Below are positions 55,291 through 64,000 of a DNA stretch of 64,000 nucleotides, one piece after another. This DNA is from a virus (lineage: Duplodnaviria; Caudoviricetes). The notes under the pieces are model-generated. The model saw only the letters and a list, made by a program, of their open reading frames with translations, was not told the DNA's origin and did no database searches. The stretch lies in the IMG/VR virus record IMGVR_UViG_3300027798_000027, positions 1 through 64,000 of that record; one strand, 5' to 3'. How positions within the stretch are numbered: the stretch's first letter is position 1; each line of letters begins with the position of its first letter. Made by a program: the position numbers and the translations under genes.

Positions 55291-56751
55291 TTATTTATAC
55301 TCCCGAATAACTTTAAGAACATCTTTATGATTTATAAAACTAGATAAACTTTCGTTATGTAAATAATCATTAATAATTTGATCAGCAGCATGTCTATAAT
55401 CATTTGACAAAAATTGATATTCTTTTAGAATTGCTTCTTTATCAAATAAATTTAGACCATGGATTACTTTAATAAAGTTTGCTGAGCCAAACATTGTATA
55501 ACCTGAATTATTTATAAAATCTTCAGTAGCAGGAAGTTTTGTTTTCCATTTTTCTAAATTATTTTTTAATGATTCTGGTATTTCTAAATCTAAAATATTT
55601 TTCCAAAAATCAGTGTCGTTTCTTTTTGATAAATAATGTAAAACAATAAAGTCTCTTATATTTTCAATAATAGTATTAAAAGAATTGTTGTAAGACTCTA
55701 CAACTTTGTTGTCGTAGTTTTGAATTTTATCCATTAATAAAAAACTTTGTTGGATACTTAAACCAATTGAGGTTGCTTCAAGTGGTTCAAAAAAACTGCC
55801 ACTTAGACCTATAGCAACACAGTTTTTAGTCCAAACTGTTTCTAAAGCGCCAGGATCAAACTGAAAAGTTTTTCCAATTGTTATTTCGTGTCCAAGTTCT
55901 TTTTCTACTTCTAACTTGGCTTCGTCAGCGTTTATAAAATTACTATCGTAAATATAACCATTTCCGTGACGACCCCAGGTTGGGATCTTAAACCTCCAGC
56001 CTGCGTTCATTCCTTTTGCTAGTGTCCAAAAATTATAATTATCTTCATCTCCTGTTGGAAATGTAATTGCAGAATTTAATTTTAAATATTTATTAAAAGA
56101 TTTCCATTTAACATTTAATTTATTTACTAGGGTTTTTTGAAATCCAGTTGCATCTATATAAAAATCACTGTTGTAATTTGATTTTTTTCCAATTAATTTT
56201 TTAATATAACCATTTTTGTCTAGTTTAACGTCAATAATTTCATCATCAAAAAGTTTAATTCCTTTGTTTAATGCTATTTTTTTTAAAAACTCATTTAATT
56301 TAAAAGTATTAAAATGATACTGATTTGTTGGTGGATTTAAATTTACGTTTAAGCCATTTACGTTAACTAAATTTTTTTCAAAATTATCTGAGCAAAGAAG
56401 ATCTGAATTTTCAGAAATTTGTTTTGCATAAATTGCATGGTATGGTCCAAACTTTATGTTAAATGGCTCACTAACTGAGTGTAAATATTTTTTATTAGGT
56501 ATCCAGTTATCAAACATAACACCTATTTTAAAAGTTGCATCACATTCTTTAATAATTTGGCTTGGCAATATTCCAACAAAATCCATAAAGTCTTTAAAGT
56601 GTTCTGTAGATCCTTCGCCAACACCAATAATACCAATGTTTGAAGAATAAATTAAATTAACATCTATGCTACTACGTTGTTTTAGAATAAGTGCAGAAAT
56701 TAATCCAGCGGTACCACCACCTACAACAGTTAAACTTTTTACTTGTTTCAT
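55291..56751 (-). CDS. Flavin-dependent halogenase (tryptophan halogenase/PrnA family)
   Basis: VGGGTAG, IGVGEGS, DATFKIG, YIDATGF, GWRFKIP, FFEPLEATSI. Confidence 0.85.
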   Translation of the reverse strand: MKQVKSLTVVGGGTAGLISALILKQRSSIDVNLIYSSNIGIIGVGEGSTEHFKDFMDFVGILPSQIIKECDATFKIGVMFDNWIPNKKYLHSVSEPFNIKFGPYHAIYAKQISENSDLLCSDNFEKNLVNVNGLNVNLNPPTNQYHFNTFKLNEFLKKIALNKGIKLFDDEIIDVKLDKNGYIKKLIGKKSNYNSDFYIDATGFQKTLVNKLNVKWKSFNKYLKLNSAITFPTGDEDNYNFWTLAKGMNAGWRFKIPTWGRHGNGYIYDSNFINADEAKLEVEKELGHEITIGKTFQFDPGALETVWTKNCVAIGLSGSFFEPLEATSIGLSIQQSFLLMDKIQNYDNKVVESYNNSFNTIIENIRDFIVLHYLSKRNDTDFWKNILDLEIPESLKNNLEKWKTKLPATEDFINNSGYTMFGSANFIKVIHGLNLFDKEAILKEYQFLSNDYRHAADQIINDYLHNESLSSFINHKDVLKVIREYK

Positions 56752-57329
56752 TATTTGTTTGCTCCTATTGCTTTATTCCAATTATTGATAGCCCAATGTC
56801 CTATACCACAGGCATCGGCAACATCATTGTCTTTAACAATTTTATCATACAAAATCTCAACTAGTTTAATCGTTCTTTCTTTTCTAACTTGTCTTTCATA
56901 AGACTTATACCAAGAATCCGACTTTCCTGAATTTTTTGCTCTAATGTCTATCTGTTCTTCTTTTGTTAATCTTTTATTCCCTAAATAATTTTGCCATGTT
57001 ATTGGCGCTACAGTTCCTATAACTTTTGTTCCAGTTAGTCCAGCAGCACCTAGTAGTGCCCCCTGAACTAATGCTAGATCTGCAGCAGTTTTAGGACTGT
57101 TCATAAATACGGTATGTTCAATTATAATTGTTTCAAATCCACCAAAATGTTCAAAGAATGCCCTTGTCTTAGCACAAGCGTCCATTACCTTTTCATAATT
57201 TGTTTTTCCATTAAAATTAATTTTACCAATACTACCCAAGGTCTTATCATTAAAAATAGCAAAAGCAAGACTGTTGGTGCTTGCATCAATAGCACAAATT
57301 GTTTTTGGATTAGTTTTGTTCATAGTCAA
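56751..57329 (-). CDS. ruvC: RuvC-like Holliday junction resolvase
   Basis: ICAIDAST, IIIEH, DVADACGIG. Confidence 0.8.
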   Translation of the reverse strand: MTMNKTNPKTICAIDASTNSLAFAIFNDKTLGSIGKINFNGKTNYEKVMDACAKTRAFFEHFGGFETIIIEHTVFMNSPKTAADLALVQGALLGAAGLTGTKVIGTVAPITWQNYLGNKRLTKEEQIDIRAKNSGKSDSWYKSYERQVRKERTIKLVEILYDKIVKDNDVADACGIGHWAINNWNKAIGANK

Positions 57330-57600
57330 AGAATCCTTTTAGTTGTTTTAACATCTTATCTACTTCTTTTTTATTTACATTACAATTAGGACAAAAGCCA
57401 GAATCGTTGTATATTGAAAGTTGTTCCTTACAACCGCCAATACAAAGTCTTTTTTTGCCTATCCTTCTTTGTCTACGAGTTATTTGATACCTTTCGGCTA
57501 TCTTTATCTTGGTGGCTTCTTCTCTACAAACATCTCCACAATAAATTTGATAACTTACTTTTGGTGTAAACTGGGTCTCGCACCTTTCACATAGTTTCAC
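57310..57600 (-). CDS. Zn-finger protein
   Basis: CERC...YCGDVC...C...C...FCPNC. Confidence 0.65.
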   Translation of the reverse strand: MKLCERCETQFTPKVSYQIYCGDVCREEATKIKIAERYQITRRQRRIGKKRLCIGGCKEQLSIYNDSGFCPNCNVNKKEVDKMLKQLKGFFDYEQN

Positions 57601-57602
57601 AT

Positions 57603-58466
57603 TTATTCATCTTTCTCGTCCTTTAATAATCTCATAGGTTTGATCTTAATTGTTCCGTCTCCTGCTTCGGCACATGCTTTTTGAATAGGACACACCTTGC
57701 AAATTTTTGAATTTGAGCGATAAGGAATTTCTGGTAGTTGTTTATCTTGCCAATTTTTGTAAACTACTTTCATCCAGTCAAATGTTTCGTCTACCCAAGC
57801 ACGATACTGATCATTTACTACAACAGGTAAAGTAAGTAATTCGTGATTGTTTTTATTTTCATAAATCATTACACCTTTACCAATTTTCCAAACCTTCATA
57901 TACATTAGTAATTGCATTAAATGACCCATTTTAGGTTTTCTACTTAATTTCTTATGTTCAAAGTCATCGTTTCTTACTGTCTTAATTTCACCAATAAGTC
58001 TTTCACCTTTGTAGTCAATCATGACATCTCCATACCCGTCAAAAGGTGGATCATCAGTTTTAACTCTAAACTCCATTGCTGGATGAGTTTGCTTGCTGTA
58101 TTTTCTTGGTATTGGATCAAACTCTAAATCTTGTGCAAGTAAACCAGAAGCCTCTATTGCATCCTGTATTCTTCCATGTCCAAGAGTTCCCTGTGTTCTA
58201 TTTGCTACGCCAGTGGCGTCTGAGTTATCATAAAATATTTGTCCATCAAATCCTAGGTGCCAATATCTTGGACACTCCCCTGCGCCGTAAGTTAAACCAG
58301 ATGCAGAAAAATTATTCTTCTTAGTAAACTTTGGTTTTGTTTTAGTGAGATAGCCAGCGTTTATAGCAGTGTCTAAACCTTCAACAAGGTTTTCATCTTC
58401 TTCGCTATTTCTTTTGTTCTTTTTAGTATCTTTAATCATAATCTGCTTTAGTAAGTTTTTAGCCAT
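57603..58466 (-). CDS. Cas4-like PD-(D/E)XK exonuclease with Fe-S cysteines
   Basis: GECPRY, GTLGH, GYGDV, GEIKT, QLLMY, CKVCPIQKAC. Confidence 0.85.
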   Translation of the reverse strand: MAKNLLKQIMIKDTKKNKRNSEEDENLVEGLDTAINAGYLTKTKPKFTKKNNFSASGLTYGAGECPRYWHLGFDGQIFYDNSDATGVANRTQGTLGHGRIQDAIEASGLLAQDLEFDPIPRKYSKQTHPAMEFRVKTDDPPFDGYGDVMIDYKGERLIGEIKTVRNDDFEHKKLSRKPKMGHLMQLLMYMKVWKIGKGVMIYENKNNHELLTLPVVVNDQYRAWVDETFDWMKVVYKNWQDKQLPEIPYRSNSKICKVCPIQKACAEAGDGTIKIKPMRLLKDEKDE

Positions 58467-58499
58467 GTTTCATCCTTTGTTTATATTAATTATAGCAGG

Positions 58500-58814
58500 T
58501 TAGCGCATTATGTATTTAAGCGCTGACACCAAATCGTTTATTGCTTGTGCTGCTGTAAAGTATATATTTTTCTTTGCCCTGTCAGATTTGTCAACATTGG
58601 CCATCCAAGTGGCCTTAAAAGACATCTTTGCTGCAATGGCCTGTAGTCTTACAATTTCAAGACTGGCAGCCTGAAGGGGAATATCTGGTTTTATGATAAT
58701 CTTTGCAATCATGGTTAGGGCAACAGTCAATTCCTCATCTTGCATATAGTCTGCAATCTCTGTTAAACCATTTACCATGTCAAGTGTTGTTTTTTGTGAT
58801 CCTGGTTCAGACAT
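58500..58814 (-). CDS. Helical hypothetical protein
   Basis: 104-aa ORF in recombination cluster. Confidence 0.6.
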   Translation of the reverse strand: MSEPGSQKTTLDMVNGLTEIADYMQDEELTVALTMIAKIIIKPDIPLQAASLEIVRLQAIAAKMSFKATWMANVDKSDRAKKNIYFTAAQAINDLVSALKYIMR

Positions 58815-59103
58815 TATATTTCTCCTCTGTTAATTGTTCTAGCATATTCATTTCAATTATAGCAAGTCTTACCTTTGTATTTCCTTCTCCAAGTATTACA
58901 ATAATGGCTGGAGACTTATCTCTACCCGCTTGAATAGAATCAGTAACAGCCTTTGCCCATACGTCCTTATTTAATGTAAAAGATTTGCTGGCTTCTTTAA
59001 AATCAACAACAAATTCACGCCATGTTGCATCACCCTTCTGTGTATTTCTACCAGAATTTTTATGCTGTTTAGCACCTATTCTTTTACTTTCGTTCTTTTC
59101 GCT
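58807..59103 (-). CDS. Small PD-(D/E)XK resolvase-like nuclease
   Basis: NSGR..QKGDA...VDFKEASKSF (start probably MSEKNE). Confidence 0.65.
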   Translation of the reverse strand, partial: SEKNESKRIGAKQHKNSGRNTQKGDATWREFVVDFKEASKSFTLNKDVWAKAVTDSIQAGRDKSPAIIVILGEGNTKVRLAIIEMNMLEQLTEEKYNV

Positions 59104-59272
59104 CATAATCCTTCTTTGTTGGAGGCAGTAGGTTGACTTTTGAAATATGTTTTTGCGTACACATCCATGTTGCATCTCCAGTCTCTCTCCAATATCTTAA
59201 AGATGTTACAACTTCTTGACAAGTTTTACATGGCCACTTGCCAGGATATACAGTAAAATTTTGCTCAGGCAT
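59084..59272 (-). CDS. Small Zn-ribbon protein
   Basis: CKTC...CTQKH. Confidence 0.6.
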   Translation of the reverse strand: MPEQNFTVYPGKWPCKTCQEVVTSLRYWRETGDATWMCTQKHISKVNLLPPTKKDYERKERK

Positions 59273-60278
59273 TAATTATTTTTTTCTTAAGTTGTTCTTG
59301 TAAATCTAAATCTTCTTTAACACGATCTATGAAACCATCACGACCTTGCACTTTTGTTCCATCATCTAACTGATACCATGCACCAGTTCTATTAACCAGT
59401 CCCATTGATTCTGCGGTATCAACTAAATCTCCTATTGCATCAATACCAATATTGTCACCTCTAAAATAAAAATCATACTCACCAGATTGAAACCCTGGAG
59501 AGGTTTTAGAGAATTGTAGTTCCCAACGAATCTTTCTACCAATTTTTTCTTCAATTAGTTTATCCCCAATCTTAATCTTTCCTTTAATTGCTTGATTTTC
59601 TGACTCAGAAGAAAACAATTTAATCACGCAAGATGAATAGAACTTCGTAGCCTGACCGCCAGAAGGCTGTTGACTTGTGTACATTGCGTTAATATTATTT
59701 CTTGATTGTGAGATAAGAACAAGCAGTGTAGGCTTTACTTTGTTGTTAGCATAGTTAAGCATTTTCCAGGCATTGCTAAAGTCTCTAGACTCTGCACCAA
59801 TTTGTTTTGTATTTTCAAGTGCCTTCATTTCGTTTGAATCTTTTTCAAAATATATTGCAGGAAGCATTGACGTAATTGAGTCAATAACAATAAGATCAAC
59901 TCCAGCATTTATAAGTCCAACACCAACATCTACCATGTCGCTAATAGTACGTGCTTGTGAATAAATTAATTTTGTTGGATCTACCCCCATTTGTTTAGCC
60001 CAGTCTTCTGAATAAGACATTTCAGAATCAATCCATGCACAAACCTTGCCTTCTTTTTGTGCTAAAGCAATCATTTCTAAACACATAGATGACTTAGCCG
60101 ATGACTTACTTCCCCACACAAGCACTTGTCTGCCGTATGGCAGTCCACCGCCTAGTGCACGGTTTAATCCAAAACTTGGAGTTGGCTGATACTCAAAGTT
60201 AATTCCTTCTCCTGTGCCAAGACGTTTTCTAATTCTTGGGTCTAACTGTGATAGTACATCTTGTATATTAACTGACAT
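59265..60278 (-). CDS. recA: RecA/UvsX recombinase
   Basis: GGGLPYGR, GSKSSAKS P-loop, WIDSE, LIVIDSI, GGQATKFYS, GAWY. Confidence 0.95.
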   Translation of the reverse strand: MSVNIQDVLSQLDPRIRKRLGTGEGINFEYQPTPSFGLNRALGGGLPYGRQVLVWGSKSSAKSSMCLEMIALAQKEGKVCAWIDSEMSYSEDWAKQMGVDPTKLIYSQARTISDMVDVGVGLINAGVDLIVIDSITSMLPAIYFEKDSNEMKALENTKQIGAESRDFSNAWKMLNYANNKVKPTLLVLISQSRNNINAMYTSQQPSGGQATKFYSSCVIKLFSSESENQAIKGKIKIGDKLIEEKIGRKIRWELQFSKTSPGFQSGEYDFYFRGDNIGIDAIGDLVDTAESMGLVNRTGAWYQLDDGTKVQGRDGFIDRVKEDLDLQEQLKKKIINA

Positions 60279-63200
60279 TTACATCCTCCATAATTACCGT
60301 GCCATCTTTGGTTTTACCAAAACTAAATTTATACGACTTGCCTTCTTCAATATGCATATATGCTTTTGGAAATGCAGTAGGAAATACTGTTACTGAGTGC
60401 AAATCTCTTGAAGTGTCTGCCAAGGTTAAAGAAGCCATTTTCTTTCCAGTCTTTGTTATTCTTGATTTAAATGAAACAACGAACATCTCATCTTCTGTAT
60501 AAGGCAATTGCTTATAACCCAAAAATTTAACAAGTGCATTTGTTGATCCTTTTATTTCATCAACAGGAATTGCAGAAACAATTCTATTATCATTAGCAAG
60601 AATCAAGTAAGTCCGACCAGTCTCAATAGTTGTTGACTCTTCATCAAATATGCCAACACTTCCAGTTTTGTCTAGAATTTCAACTCGTGACCAACCTTTT
60701 CCTCTCTTAATTGCTTTAACCATACCCATTAAAATAAAAGATCCTTTTTCTTCAAAATCTTCAATTGATTGAATAAATGCATAATAGTGAGATGGAATAG
60801 AAATATTAAACTCTGGAAGATTTAAATACTCATAAAGATTTTCTTTTATGTCTTCATCATTACGTGGATTATCAGAAAATGTTGCAGCACCAGTTAACCT
60901 TAATGCATTTAAGGCTCTACTGTTTACTCCATTACCTTTTGTAAATGTAAACTCTTCAAGTTGTTTATAACTATTAAATGGTCTTGCATCAATATATTTT
61001 TGTGCAATGTTGTTTGAAATAAACTTAATACCAGTTAATCCAAAACGAATTCCCTTGCCCTCAATTTTAAAATCTAAATCTGAATCATTAATATGTGGCA
61101 GTTTAACTGATATGCCCATACGCTTTGCTTCAATCAGATACTCTGTTCTACCATCTTTATCTTTTTCATTTTTAAGAAGGGCAAACATAAATTCAAGCGG
61201 ATAGTAATATTTTAACCACGCCGTCCAATACGAGAGAGTAGAGTAAGCAACTGCGTGGCTCTTGTTAAACGAGTATCCCGCATGCTCTTCAAAGTCGTGC
61301 CAAAGGTCCAAGGCTTTATTAGGAGATATGTACTTACTCGCCCCAGCAACAAACCTATCTTGAAATATATTGAACTCTTTTGCATCTTTTTTCTTTCCAA
61401 TAATCTTACGAACTTTGTCAGCCTCTGCCATTGTCATTCCACCAAGATAAACGCAAGCCTGCATAACCTGTTCCTGATAAAGAATACACCCATATGTATC
61501 ATCTGTGAATTCTTTCATAGTTTGATGAACATAAGAAACGTTTTGCTTACCGTGTTTACGAGCAATATAATCTTTGCCAATAGTGTTCATAGCACCTGGA
61601 CGAACCAAAGCATTTGATGCTGCCAACTCATTAAAATTCTTTACTCCCATTTTTACTAAAAGATTTGTGTATGGGGTTGCCTCACATTGAAACACACCCT
61701 TGGTATATCCATCTGAAAGCATTTCGTATACTTTGGGATCTGCCATATCAATTGATAAAAGATCAATATCTTTGTAGTGATTTTTTTTAATCATGTCAAT
61801 ACAATCGTTTACTACACTTAAAGTTTTAAGACCTAATGCATCAATTTTAATAAGACCAATTTTTTCAGCCTCTTCCATATCAACACCGACCACAGGAATG
61901 CGATCATCGGATCCAGGAGAAGAGCGAGTTTCCAATGGCGCATACCTAAAGATTGGATTCTTACTAGTAACCACACCAGCAGCATGAATGCCAGTACCTC
62001 TAATACGACCACGTAACTGTTCTCCATAAATCTCCACCTCTGGATATTTTTCTCTAAACGATAATGTAGTTTTAGATGTGCAATATTCATCCCAAGTGTC
62101 AACTAACTTTAATACTTTGTTGACATCTGTTAATGGTATATCTAAAACTCTTGCAACATCTCTTACAACACCCTTATCTTTAAATTGAAGGAATGTTGCA
62201 ATAGATGCTACGTGCCTATACTGTCTAACTAAATAATCTTTTACTTCATCACGACGAGTATCTTGAATGTCTGTATCAATATCAGGAAAGTCATTACGTT
62301 CTGGGTTAATAAAACGGAAGAACAAAAGCCCATGCTCTAATGGATCAATATCAGTAATGCCAAGAAGATAACAAACCAAAGAACCAGCAGAAGATCCACG
62401 TCCTGGACCAACCAAGATTCCTTCTTTCTTTGCCCAAGAAATCATATTTTGAACTACTAAAAAATACGGTGCAAACTTTTTATCACGAATAATTTCTAAT
62501 TCTTCCATAAGTCTTTGTTCGTAAGCATCATTGCCAAGCCAATTGTCATTTAAACGTTTTTCTTCTAAGCCAGCAAAGGCTAGAATTGCTAATTCTTGAT
62601 CTGGATCTTTATATTGAACAGGAAGTAAGTCAAGACCATCTTTAATGTCATAGTCTTTTACTGTCTCTGCTAGCAATAGTGTGTTTGAGTATATGTCTTC
62701 TCTATCAATACCCTGTTTTTCCATTGCTGCTTTAATCTCTTCATACGATAAAAGATGAATCTCAAACTTGTTAAATGTTATATCCCTGTCTTCACCATAT
62801 AGATAATCTAATCTTTCTATCATAGAAGAACACTTTTTAGACTTTGCGTATGTTGTATCTTTTTGAACCTTAGCGTGAGTATTCATTAAAAGTTTAAACT
62901 CTTGAATATCTTTTTGTGATTCATCAACATGATGACAGTCTGGTGTAACTACTACTTTAATATTAAATTCATCAGCAAGATCAATAAGATATTTATTTAT
63001 TTCTGGTGTATTGTGTGGCATGACCTCAATGTAGTAGTCGCTACCAAAATTATCTTTAAACCATTTAATGTGTTTTTTAGCAAGTGCAAACTCTTGTTCT
63101 TCTAATGCTTTAACAATAACGCTGCTAGGACAAGCAGACGTTACAATAATGCCTTCTTTATATTTTTGAAGAATTTCAAAATCAAACCTTGGTTTTTTAA

Positions 63201-63555
63201 AGAATCCATCCGTCCATGCTATTTCGCTAATTTTATTAAGATTTTCTAAACCTTTTTGGTTCTTGGCTAGAAGGATAATATGATTATAAACAAGATCTTG
63301 TTGACCTGTTCTTTCAGACTTATCTCTTTTATCCGATATGTCTGCACACATATATCCTTCTAGACCAAGGATTGGCTTAATGCCCTTTTCTTTTGCAGAA
63401 CGGTAAAACTCTCTGTGACCAGAAAGTGATCCGTGATCTGTAATTGCAAGAGCGTTCATACCCAACTTGCTAGCACGGTCTACATACTCTTGTGGAGTTG
63501 CTATGCCGTCAAATAGGGAGTAGTGAGTATGAACATGTAAGCCTACGTAGTTCAT
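60268..63555 (-). CDS. dnaE: DNA polymerase III alpha subunit
   Basis: PHP HVHTHYSL/TDHG, GPGRGSSAGS, FPDIDTD, GVFQCE, YSFNKSHA. Confidence 0.97.
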   Translation of the reverse strand: MNYVGLHVHTHYSLFDGIATPQEYVDRASKLGMNALAITDHGSLSGHREFYRSAKEKGIKPILGLEGYMCADISDKRDKSERTGQQDLVYNHIILLAKNQKGLENLNKISEIAWTDGFFKKPRFDFEILQKYKEGIIVTSACPSSVIVKALEEQEFALAKKHIKWFKDNFGSDYYIEVMPHNTPEINKYLIDLADEFNIKVVVTPDCHHVDESQKDIQEFKLLMNTHAKVQKDTTYAKSKKCSSMIERLDYLYGEDRDITFNKFEIHLLSYEEIKAAMEKQGIDREDIYSNTLLLAETVKDYDIKDGLDLLPVQYKDPDQELAILAFAGLEEKRLNDNWLGNDAYEQRLMEELEIIRDKKFAPYFLVVQNMISWAKKEGILVGPGRGSSAGSLVCYLLGITDIDPLEHGLLFFRFINPERNDFPDIDTDIQDTRRDEVKDYLVRQYRHVASIATFLQFKDKGVVRDVARVLDIPLTDVNKVLKLVDTWDEYCTSKTTLSFREKYPEVEIYGEQLRGRIRGTGIHAAGVVTSKNPIFRYAPLETRSSPGSDDRIPVVGVDMEEAEKIGLIKIDALGLKTLSVVNDCIDMIKKNHYKDIDLLSIDMADPKVYEMLSDGYTKGVFQCEATPYTNLLVKMGVKNFNELAASNALVRPGAMNTIGKDYIARKHGKQNVSYVHQTMKEFTDDTYGCILYQEQVMQACVYLGGMTMAEADKVRKIIGKKKDAKEFNIFQDRFVAGASKYISPNKALDLWHDFEEHAGYSFNKSHAVAYSTLSYWTAWLKYYYPLEFMFALLKNEKDKDGRTEYLIEAKRMGISVKLPHINDSDLDFKIEGKGIRFGLTGIKFISNNIAQKYIDARPFNSYKQLEEFTFTKGNGVNSRALNALRLTGAATFSDNPRNDEDIKENLYEYLNLPEFNISIPSHYYAFIQSIEDFEEKGSFILMGMVKAIKRGKGWSRVEILDKTGSVGIFDEESTTIETGRTYLILANDNRIVSAIPVDEIKGSTNALVKFLGYKQLPYTEDEMFVVSFKSRITKTGKKMASLTLADTSRDLHSVTVFPTAFPKAYMHIEEGKSYKFSFGKTKDGTVIMEDVNVS

Positions 63556-63556
63556 C

Positions 63557-64000
63557 TTACCAATCTGTATTGGTTGATGAAGTTACAGATGGAGTATCAA
63601 ACCCCAAATAGAATGCTTCTTGTTCAGCATAAGGAATTTTCTTTAATGCTAACTCAAGAGCGTATGGCTTATGTGCTGACCAGTTAAATGGTTCTTTATC
63701 TGGTGCAGATGGAATAAGTGTGTAACTTGTTTCAGTACCCTGACCGTTACGCTTTAACTTCCATGAAATATTTGAGATGCTTCCTGTTTCAAGGGCATAC
63801 TCACGAATAGTGTTAAATGCAGATTGCTTACTTACGCCCATTGACCAAATGGCTACGTATGGCTCTTCAATGCCATCATCTACAAGTACGTTGCAATAAA
63901 AACGAAGACGTGCTCTCCAGCCAGCCTTTACATCCTTACGATGCATTTCTTCAGCCCAGTCACGACCTTCTGATTCCATAGTATCTACAGCCTTGCGCTT
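63557..64000 (-). CDS. Single-stranded DNA-binding protein (gp32-like), 5'-truncated
   Basis: Frame open to window edge; RFYCNVLV, WKLKRNGQGTETSYTL, acidic/aromatic tail. Confidence 0.7.
   Translation of the reverse strand, partial: KRKAVDTMESEGRDWAEEMHRKDVKAGWRARLRFYCNVLVDDGIEEPYVAIWSMGVSKQSAFNTIREYALETGSISNISWKLKRNGQGTETSYTLIPSAPDKEPFNWSAHKPYALELALKKIPYAEQEAFYLGFDTPSVTSSTNTDW

Noticed and set aside
57603-58466. Cas4-like gene as evidence of a CRISPR-Cas system
   Set aside because: Solo Cas4-like exonucleases are routine in phage recombination clusters; here it sits among ruvC, recA and dnaE
60268-63555. Intein or intron in dnaE (also checked terL and recA)
   Set aside because: Lengths are ordinary and no intein C1/HN or LAGLIDADG motifs were visible
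1-64000. Prophage or alternative genetic code
   Set aside because: No integrase, att-like junction or host housekeeping block was seen; long conserved genes read through in the standard code

Overview
A 64-kb segment of a large, AT-rich tailed dsDNA phage (Caudoviricetes). The host is probably an actinobacterium, judging from WhiB, a DnaE-type polymerase, an actinophage-style holin and many leaderless genes (inference). Minus-strand virion/tail genes occupy 1-8.5 kb. A plus-strand block at 12.3-32.9 kb holds many short early-type genes, tRNA-Asp, a repeat-rich non-coding tract and an APS-kinase/glycosylation cluster. Minus-strand genes at 32.9-64 kb encode holin, sulfotransferase, WhiB, Hsp20, carbamoyltransferase, tRNA-Glu/Gly, an HslV-like protease, endolysin, two large surface-type proteins, terminase, a flavin halogenase, RuvC, a Cas4-like nuclease, RecA, DnaE and SSB. 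The most unusual signals are non-coding. (1) Six dispersed copies of a ~27-nt H-type pseudoknot, with compensatory changes in both stems, lie just 3' of stop codons. (2) A promoter-driven, ORF-less array of four 16-nt repeats is separated by hairpin spacers. (3) Early promoters share a modular architecture of CRP-like boxes, DnaA boxes, a TGTCC dyad and a fixed-spacing TGTCWG-N6-CTG-N-(-10) element. (4) An iteron-like CAAACCTT field is present. All family assignments come from recalled motifs; no database search was run.
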